Positions 57,188 to 64,000 of a DNA stretch of 64,000 nucleotides are shown piece by piece. The notes under the pieces are model-generated. The model saw only the letters and a list, made by a program, of their open reading frames with translations. It was not told the origin of the DNA and did no database searches. The DNA lies in assembly GCA_963677485.1 (NCBI GenBank), contig OY781964.1, positions 1,024,001-1,088,000 on the forward strand, written 5' to 3'. How positions within the stretch are numbered: position 1 is the stretch's first letter; each line of letters opens with the position of its first letter. The stretch is from Armatimonadota bacterium. Its GTDB lineage: Bacteria; Armatimonadota; HRBIN16. Made by a program: the position numbers and the translations under genes.

Positions 57188-59719
57188 ATGCCCGAAAAAG
57201 AAGCGAAGGCGCGGATTAAGATCAACCAGTTGCTGGAAGAGGCCGGCTGGCGGCTTGTTGACTCGAAACTGGGCAGGGCGAACGTGCTGCTAGAAGCCAC
57301 CACCCACATCACAAAGCACAAACTGGATGAACTGGGCGATGACTTTGAGCACACCGCCAACGGTTACGTCGATTTCCTGCTGCACGATGATAACGGCTAC
57401 CCGGCAGTGGTGCTGGAGGCCAAGGCGGAAAACCGCAACCCGCTAGTGGGCAAGGAGCAGGCACGGCGGTACGCGCTGGCGAACAAATGCCGTTTCGTGA
57501 TTCTCTCCAACGGCAACTGCCACTATTTCTGGGATACCGAGGGCTGCAACCCTACCATGGTGACGCAGTTCCCCTCCCCGGCGGCGATCACCTCGCGGCG
57601 GCAGCACCACCCCGATGTCACAGCGCTGGCGCATGAGCCGGTGGAGCCAGACTACATCGCCATCACCAAGATGCCTGGATACCAGCGCAACCCAGATTGG
57701 CTGAACCCTCAGACGCGTGACGAGTTCCTGTTCAAAAACAAGCTGCGGCTGCTGCGCCCATACCAGTTGGATGCGGTGAAGGCGCTGCAAAAGGCCGCAG
57801 ATGCAGGGCAACAGCGGTTCTTGTTTGAGATGGCCACCGGAACGGGCAAAACACTGGTCGCAGCCGCGGTGATCAAGCTGTTCCTGCGAACGCGAAATGC
57901 CCGGCGCGTGCTGTTCCTGGTGGACCGGCTTGAGCTGGAGGACCAGGCGTTCAAGTCATTCAAGATGCTGCTGTCCGCTGATTTTGACACGATGATTTAC
58001 AAACAAAATGTGGACAACTGGCGTGGTGCCGAGATTGTGGTCTCGACCGTGCAGACGCTGATGGTCAACAACAAATATCGCAGGGTGTTTTCGCCCGATG
58101 ATTTCGACCTGGTGATTTCGGATGAGGCGCACCGCAGCATCTCCGGAAACAGCCGAGCGGTGTTTGACTTCTTTCTGGGCTACAAACTTGGGCTGACCGC
58201 CACCCCGCGCGACTACCTGAAGCACATCGACCAGGCGAAGCTGAGCGAGAACGACCCGCGGGAGCTGGAACGCCGGATGCTGATGGACAGCTACAAGACC
58301 TTCGGCTGTGAAGACGGCGAACCCACCTTCCGATACTCGCTGCTAGACGGAGTGAAAGAGGGACATCTGGTGAACCCCGAGGTGCTGGATGCCCGCACCG
58401 AGATCACCACGCAACTGCTTTCCGATGAGGGCTACGCAGCGATACTGCCTGCCGACGAGGGCGAAGAGAGCCAGGAGCAGATCTACAAATATCAAGACTT
58501 TGAACGCCGCTTCTTCAACGAACAGACCAACCGCGTGTTCTGCACGGCGTTTATGCAGAACGCGCTGCGAGACCCCATCACTGGAGAAATCGGCAAGAGC
58601 ATCGTCTTCTGCGTGTCGCAGAACCATGCGGCCAAAATCACGCAGATGCTGAACGAAATCGCCCACGCGATGTTCCCAGGCCGATACCAGTCGGATTTCG
58701 CGGTACAGGTAACCTCGCAGATCACCGATGCCCAGCAGATGAGCATCAACTTCGCGAACGATAAACTGGGTGGGCGGTCCAAGTTCGACGAAAACTACAA
58801 GACCAGTAAGACGCGTGTGTGCGTGACGGTGGGAATGATGACCACCGGCTACGACTGCCCCGACCTGTTGAACCTGGGGCTGATGCGGCCGATCTTCAGC
58901 CCGACCGCCTTCATACAGATCAAAGGGCGCGGCACACGCATCCATGAGTTCAGTAAGATGATCCTTGACGAGACGCTGCGTAAGCAGGTTGGCTCGAAGC
59001 CCAAGAGCTGTTTCCGGCTGTTCGACTTCTTCGCGAACTGCGAGTATTTTGAGGAGAAGTTTGACTACGACCAGGTGCTGGTTCTGCCGCGTGTGGGTAA
59101 TGGGGAACCAATAGACCCTCGTGCCTCGGTTGGGGAACCAAAGGGTATCTATCAAGCGGACAAAGCCGATGGAATCTCCACACTCTCCACCACGATGGTG
59201 GGCGAGGACGGTATGCGCATCGACCGCATGTATTTCCAGAAGTTTGAGGAACAGATTACCGCCGACCCCACCTGTGTTGAGAAGGCGGACAACGCGCAGT
59301 GGGATGAGCTGCTGGACTATGTTGAGAAGAACCTAATGGACCGCCCAGAGCAGTTCTTCACATTGCAAAAGCTGCGAGCCGCGCTGCAGGTGGACCGGCG
59401 GATTGACCTGATGGAGATCATCAAGAAGATATTTGGTCTGATTCCCGAATTCAAAACGCGCAGACAGATGATTGATGAGGCGTTTGACCGCTTCGACAGC
59501 CGATACCGGCCGGATGAGGGCTATTTTGAGGCCGCGAAGCAGGTGTTTTGCGCCTACATACAGGACGCGAAGTTCCGGCAAATCGTGGAATCCAGGCAAT
59601 ACGCTACTATGAATATGACGCCCTACGCGCAGGCCTGGCGGTCGCTATCACCCGATCTGCGCAAGCATATCCCGGAATTTGTGAAAGACAACCTGTCCCT
59701 TAACCAGTTTATGGATTGA
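57188..59719 (+). CDS. hsdR: Type I-like restriction endonuclease R subunit (EcoEI-like)
   Basis: VD..VLEAK nuclease motif, LRPYQ, MATGTGKT, DEAHRS, LTATP, MMTTGYD, QIKGRGTR. Confidence 0.9.
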   Translation: MPEKEAKARIKINQLLEEAGWRLVDSKLGRANVLLEATTHITKHKLDELGDDFEHTANGYVDFLLHDDNGYPAVVLEAKAENRNPLVGKEQARRYALANKCRFVILSNGNCHYFWDTEGCNPTMVTQFPSPAAITSRRQHHPDVTALAHEPVEPDYIAITKMPGYQRNPDWLNPQTRDEFLFKNKLRLLRPYQLDAVKALQKAADAGQQRFLFEMATGTGKTLVAAAVIKLFLRTRNARRVLFLVDRLELEDQAFKSFKMLLSADFDTMIYKQNVDNWRGAEIVVSTVQTLMVNNKYRRVFSPDDFDLVISDEAHRSISGNSRAVFDFFLGYKLGLTATPRDYLKHIDQAKLSENDPRELERRMLMDSYKTFGCEDGEPTFRYSLLDGVKEGHLVNPEVLDARTEITTQLLSDEGYAAILPADEGEESQEQIYKYQDFERRFFNEQTNRVFCTAFMQNALRDPITGEIGKSIVFCVSQNHAAKITQMLNEIAHAMFPGRYQSDFAVQVTSQITDAQQMSINFANDKLGGRSKFDENYKTSKTRVCVTVGMMTTGYDCPDLLNLGLMRPIFSPTAFIQIKGRGTRIHEFSKMILDETLRKQVGSKPKSCFRLFDFFANCEYFEEKFDYDQVLVLPRVGNGEPIDPRASVGEPKGIYQADKADGISTLSTTMVGEDGMRIDRMYFQKFEEQITADPTCVEKADNAQWDELLDYVEKNLMDRPEQFFTLQKLRAALQVDRRIDLMEIIKKIFGLIPEFKTRRQMIDEAFDRFDSRYRPDEGYFEAAKQVFCAYIQDAKFRQIVESRQYATMNMTPYAQAWRSLSPDLRKHIPEFVKDNLSLNQFMD

Positions 59720-59746
59720 TACCCGCGGGCATACAAGGGGCACGGC

Positions 59747-59960
59747 GTAGGGGCAATCCCCCCGTGGTTGCCCCCGGTGGTGGACGTTGGTAGGGGCATG
59801 GCGTGCCGTGCCCAAACCCTGTCAGGCACAAACGCGATTTCGGGCATGGCGTGCCGTGCCCAACGGGTTGTCACACACACAGGGCACGGCACGCCATGCC
59901 CCTACGGTATTACGGACGCCATTGGTCCCAGATAGGGCAGCCACGGGGGGCTTCCCCTAC
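59747..59960. repeat. Nested REP-like doublets inside the RM operon
   Basis: D (59747), G (59790), G (59842), inverted G (59882-59905), inverted D (59934-59960). Confidence 0.9.
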
Positions 59961-60000
59961 GATAACCATGCGACAATATGAACAAACACAGAGGAACGAA

Positions 60001-62511
60001 TTGGACTACGCCGAGAGCAAACGACTGATCGATACCGCACGCGACGTTCTGGTGGGCAAAGTGCCCGACCCCAAGAGCCAGATTGAGCAGATCACCATCG
60101 CGCTGATCTACAAATTCATGGACGACATGGACAACCAGAGCGTGGAGATGGGCGGTACGCGCAGCTTCTTTGATGGCGAGTTCCGAAGATTTGCCTGGCA
60201 GGAGCTGCTCTCTCCGCAAAACGGCGGTCAGGAGATGCTGAACATCTATTCTGAGGCGATTTCTAAGATGCCCGAAAACCCCGGCATCCCCACGCTGTTC
60301 CGCGATATCTTTAAGAACGCCTACCTACCCTACCGTGACCCGGAGACGCTGCGGCTGTTTTTGAAGACCATCGACCAGTTTGAGTATGACCACAGCGAGA
60401 ACCTGGGCGACGCGTTTGAATACCTGCTGAGCGTGATGAGCAGCCAGGGCGATGCCGGGCAGTTCCGCACCCCGCGGCATATCATCGACTTCATGGTGGC
60501 GGTGATGAACCCGCAGAAGCACGAGCAGGTAATGGACCCCGCGTGCGGCACCGCGGGCTTTTTGATATCCGCCTACAAGCACATCAGCCAGCAGAACAGC
60601 CGCAGCTTCCCGCTGGACATGCTCAGCCCAGAGGAGCACCACCGGCTGATGCAGGGCTTTACCGGCTATGACATCTCGCCCGATATGGTGCGGCTGTCGC
60701 TGGTGAATATGTATCTGCACGGTTTTACCGACCCGCATATCTACGAGTATGACACGCTGACCAGCGAAGAGCGCTGGGATAGGTATGCGGATGTAATACT
60801 GGCCAACCCGCCTTTTATGTCACCCAAAGGCGGCATCCGGCCGCACAACCGGTTCTCGGTAAAGAGCAACCGCAGCGAGGTGCTGTTTGTGGACTACATC
60901 GCGGAGCACCTGACCGCCAACGGCCGGGCCGCGGTGATTGTGCCGGAGGGCATCATCTTCCAAAGCCAAAACGCCTACAAGCAGTTGCGGCAGATGCTGG
61001 TGGAGAACAGCCTGTATGCGGTGGTGTCGCTGCCCTCCGGTGTGTTTGCTCCCTATTCGGGCGTAAAAACCTCCGTTTTATTGATGGACAAGCAACTGGC
61101 GAAGCGGTGTGACTCGGTGCTGTTTTTGAAGATCAGCAGTGACGGCTTCAGCATCGGGGCACAGCGCCGCGAAACCGAAAAGAACGACCTGCCTGATTCG
61201 GTGAAGCTGATACACGAATATCAGGGGGCGGTGGACGCGGGCAATACCGAGCGGTTCCAGGCTTTGGACCTGCCCTGCGAGGCGTTGCTGGTCAGCAAGG
61301 CGCGTCTTGCCGAGAATGGGGATTACGGGCTGAGCATGGAGCGCTACCGCGCGGTGCTTGGGAAGGTGCAGCACAAGTGGCCCATGGTCAAGTTGGGGGA
61401 TGTGTGTGAGATTAACCCTGAGACGATAGGCGATGCCAGCTTCAATCCAGATGATGAAATACGGTATGTTGATATATCATGTGTTAGTGCCGAATCTGGT
61501 AAGATTGACTTCTCTAATAAGGTGAAATGGAGCGATGCACCAAGTCGTGCCAGACGGCTTGTTAAGCCAGATGATGTACTATTGTCGACGGTTCGACCTA
61601 ATCTTCGAGCTTTTGCCCGTATATGTTCGTTACCCGATCACGTTGTAGTCTCAACAGGATTCGCTGTCCTTCGGCCACACAGTTCATTACTACCAAGTTA
61701 CTTATATACCGTCATTTGCCAGGACGTTGTTGTGAGACAAATGGTAAATATGATGGGCAAAGGAGCATATCCTAGTATCAATACGTCTGATGTCAATCGA
61801 ATTCAAATCCCCCTGCCACCTCTTGAGGTCCAGCGGGAGATTGTGGAGGAGATCGAGGGTTACCAGCGGATCATCGACGGCGCGCGTCAGGTGGTGGATA
61901 ACTGGAAGCCGCGGATCGACATCGACCCTGCCTGGCCGCTGGTCAAGCTGGGGGAGGTTTGTGAACGCATAATGGATGGTACCCACTATTCCCCTGAAAA
62001 TGGTGAAGCAGGTGCCAAGCTCTATGTCACCGCCAAGAACATTAAAGAGAATGGCATTGACTTATCCAGTGTTACATACATTACAGAAGATGCTCATCGC
62101 TCCATATATGGCAAGTGCCCAGTTCAATATGGTGATGTTCTATACATTAAAGATGGTGCAACAGCCGGTGTCGCGACGATCAATACCCTTGACGAAGAGT
62201 TTTCCTTATTATCAAGCGTCGCTGTAATGCGGGGACGAAAAACACAACTGAGCAACAACTACCTGTATTACTATCTGAACAGTGATTCAGGAAAGCGGAA
62301 TATGTTGCAGTATGTCGGTGGTGTTGCCATTACAAGACTGACACTGACGAAACTTAATAATGTCGTCATTCCGCTGCCGCCAATTGATTTACAACAACAG
62401 ATAGCAGGGCAGCTTGATGCAGAACGAATGCAAGTTCAGGGTTGCCGGGAGCTGATTACCGCCTTTGAGGCCCGAATCAAGCAAGTGATTGACCGGGTGT
62501 GGGAGAGGTAG
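60001..62511 (+). CDS. N6-adenine methyltransferase fused to a two-TRD specificity subunit (HsdM-HsdS fusion)
   Basis: GQFRTPRH, DPACGTAGFL, NPPF; WPMVKLGDVC and WPLVKLGEVC, IPLPP..Q twice. Start probably TTG 60001 (AGAGG upstream) or ATG 59968. Confidence 0.9.
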   Translation: MDYAESKRLIDTARDVLVGKVPDPKSQIEQITIALIYKFMDDMDNQSVEMGGTRSFFDGEFRRFAWQELLSPQNGGQEMLNIYSEAISKMPENPGIPTLFRDIFKNAYLPYRDPETLRLFLKTIDQFEYDHSENLGDAFEYLLSVMSSQGDAGQFRTPRHIIDFMVAVMNPQKHEQVMDPACGTAGFLISAYKHISQQNSRSFPLDMLSPEEHHRLMQGFTGYDISPDMVRLSLVNMYLHGFTDPHIYEYDTLTSEERWDRYADVILANPPFMSPKGGIRPHNRFSVKSNRSEVLFVDYIAEHLTANGRAAVIVPEGIIFQSQNAYKQLRQMLVENSLYAVVSLPSGVFAPYSGVKTSVLLMDKQLAKRCDSVLFLKISSDGFSIGAQRRETEKNDLPDSVKLIHEYQGAVDAGNTERFQALDLPCEALLVSKARLAENGDYGLSMERYRAVLGKVQHKWPMVKLGDVCEINPETIGDASFNPDDEIRYVDISCVSAESGKIDFSNKVKWSDAPSRARRLVKPDDVLLSTVRPNLRAFARICSLPDHVVVSTGFAVLRPHSSLLPSYLYTVICQDVVVRQMVNMMGKGAYPSINTSDVNRIQIPLPPLEVQREIVEEIEGYQRIIDGARQVVDNWKPRIDIDPAWPLVKLGEVCERIMDGTHYSPENGEAGAKLYVTAKNIKENGIDLSSVTYITEDAHRSIYGKCPVQYGDVLYIKDGATAGVATINTLDEEFSLLSSVAVMRGRKTQLSNNYLYYYLNSDSGKRNMLQYVGGVAITRLTLTKLNNVVIPLPPIDLQQQIAGQLDAERMQVQGCRELITAFEARIKQVIDRVWER

Positions 62512-62601
62512 ACGGAAGTGAGATACTGCAAAGTCAAGTTAGATTACTACTCAGTGAACTAAAATGAAACTAGTGTAACGACTGCCAATAGGGGGCTAAA
62601 A

Positions 62602-63843
62602 ATGTCATCCGAAATACTCGATAAAATGGTAGTTCGACTGAAACCTGAAGACACAGTGAAGATGAAAAGACCTGTAAATGGCCAAGGAGGGCATCAAACA
62701 CTCTTTAGACGGCTGAAGAAAGGCATCAGGCAGAATGATATCGTTATCACGTATGATGATGCTGTGACGATATTGAAATATGCATTCCAATATGGGCAGG
62801 GCGGATTTCAATCGCGGTTCCCAGACGATCTTTTGGACGCGTGTTCCACGATGATCACCCGCAAGCGGATGCTTGACAAAAGTATTGAATCGTATATCTT
62901 AGCACTTGAGACAATTAATAGATTATCGATCCAGTACCGGTTTGAAGCATTTAGCATATTCATATGCAACGCATGGGAGTTACTTCTCAAAGTAAAATTA
63001 CTAGTAGATAATCCTCACATAGCCATAATCCAGGATGGAGCTGCAAGTGACCACACGATAGGTATCAAGTTATGCATTAATAAACTATTTTCCAAATCCG
63101 ATGATCCCATTCGATTGAATCTAGAAGATGTAGAAGACTACCGGAACAACGCCATACACTACATCGTGCCATTTCTACCGAAGGAGGTGCTTGGATTATT
63201 CCAGTCATGTGTCATGAATTATCATTCGTTTCTTCAAACGTGGATGGGTATTCACCTAAGGGATAGGGTCACGGCAGGTATGATGACCATCGTATATGAC
63301 TTCGATCCTGAAAATTTCGACATTAATTCTGCCAGAATGAAGACGCAGTTGTCTCCACGATCTGTAATTTACCTAACAGCTCTCAAGAAAAAAATCCTTG
63401 AACGACATGGCTCTATGCCAGACTCCAACCAATATATGATTGATATCAACTACAAACTTGGGTTAATAAAAAACAAAAACAAAGGCGATATCATCTTAAC
63501 TACTGGCAATAGTAGCCAAACAGTCGGACTTATTCCAGTACCTACAGATCCTGGTAAAACACATCCATACCTGCATCGAAGTTTATGCAGTGAGATCAGT
63601 AATGCGCTAAAACGAAATATAAGGCTTAGCACATATGATATGATCTGTATAATCGCCTTCTTTAAGTGGCAAAGTGGCGACATCTATTACTACCGAGGAT
63701 CAATCGATGGAAGTAGTAAACAATACTCGCAAGAGTGTGCTCAATTGTTAGCCCAAAGTATCTTAGAAGACCCTGAGTTCGTGTTGAAGTGCAAAGACGC
63801 ATACAGGAAAAGTCGTTCGGAGGTAAAAATAGATGAAGCGTGA
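62602..63843 (+). CDS. DUF3644-like (HEPN-like) protein with an extra N-terminal domain
   Basis: KSIESYILALETIN..YRFEAF..ICNAWELLLK; RNNAIH (Rx4H); AT-rich. Confidence 0.7.
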   Translation: MSSEILDKMVVRLKPEDTVKMKRPVNGQGGHQTLFRRLKKGIRQNDIVITYDDAVTILKYAFQYGQGGFQSRFPDDLLDACSTMITRKRMLDKSIESYILALETINRLSIQYRFEAFSIFICNAWELLLKVKLLVDNPHIAIIQDGAASDHTIGIKLCINKLFSKSDDPIRLNLEDVEDYRNNAIHYIVPFLPKEVLGLFQSCVMNYHSFLQTWMGIHLRDRVTAGMMTIVYDFDPENFDINSARMKTQLSPRSVIYLTALKKKILERHGSMPDSNQYMIDINYKLGLIKNKNKGDIILTTGNSSQTVGLIPVPTDPGKTHPYLHRSLCSEISNALKRNIRLSTYDMICIIAFFKWQSGDIYYYRGSIDGSSKQYSQECAQLLAQSILEDPEFVLKCKDAYRKSRSEVKIDEA

Positions 63844-64000
63844 TATGGAGTTGATACGGAAGCTGCTGTTGTATGTTGAGGAGCATGGGAAGTATACGGG
63901 ACTGCGTGATAATGACATCGTGATTGATGGATATACGCCAGAACAGATTGGGTATAACCTATGGCTTCTACATGATGGTAGATACATAGGGATCATAGAC
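63833..64000 (+). CDS. DUF2513-like winged-helix protein, truncated by window edge
   Basis: Not in the ORF track. GGAGG then MKRDMELIRKLLLYVEE...IDGYTPEQIGYNLWLLHDGRYI. Confidence 0.75.
   Translation, partial: MKRDMELIRKLLLYVEEHGKYTGLRDNDIVIDGYTPEQIGYNLWLLHDGRYIGIID

Noticed and set aside
59803-60000. Long N-terminal extensions in the ORF track (also 28274-28555 and 47783-47989)
   Set aside because: They run through palindromic repeats; better RBS-backed starts lie downstream.

Overview
GC-rich bacterial chromosomal window. The lineage cannot be determined from sequence alone, but the glycoside-hydrolase-rich content suggests a polysaccharide degrader such as Armatimonadota (inference). Housekeeping blocks (tig-clpP-clpX; hemL-hemE-hemY-panB-panC-kinase-rarA) alternate with carbohydrate-active genes (GH78, GH42-like, two tandem GH20-LamG, CE7, ADP-ribosylglycohydrolases), an AbrB/PIN toxin-antitoxin pair, and a type I-like restriction-modification locus followed by a DUF3644/HEPN-like gene. 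Highlight 1: a complete IS110 element (42324-44137, minus strand). Its bridge RNA guides, CT cores and circle-junction promoter can be read directly, and it is programmed against, and inserted into, the GTAGGGGCG end of a resident REP-like palindrome. Highlight 2: many intergenic gaps are mosaics of about a dozen short palindromic and 7-9-mer tandem repeat families arranged as nested inverted pairs, some of which appear to bracket accessory gene blocks. No rRNA, tRNA or CRISPR array was seen.
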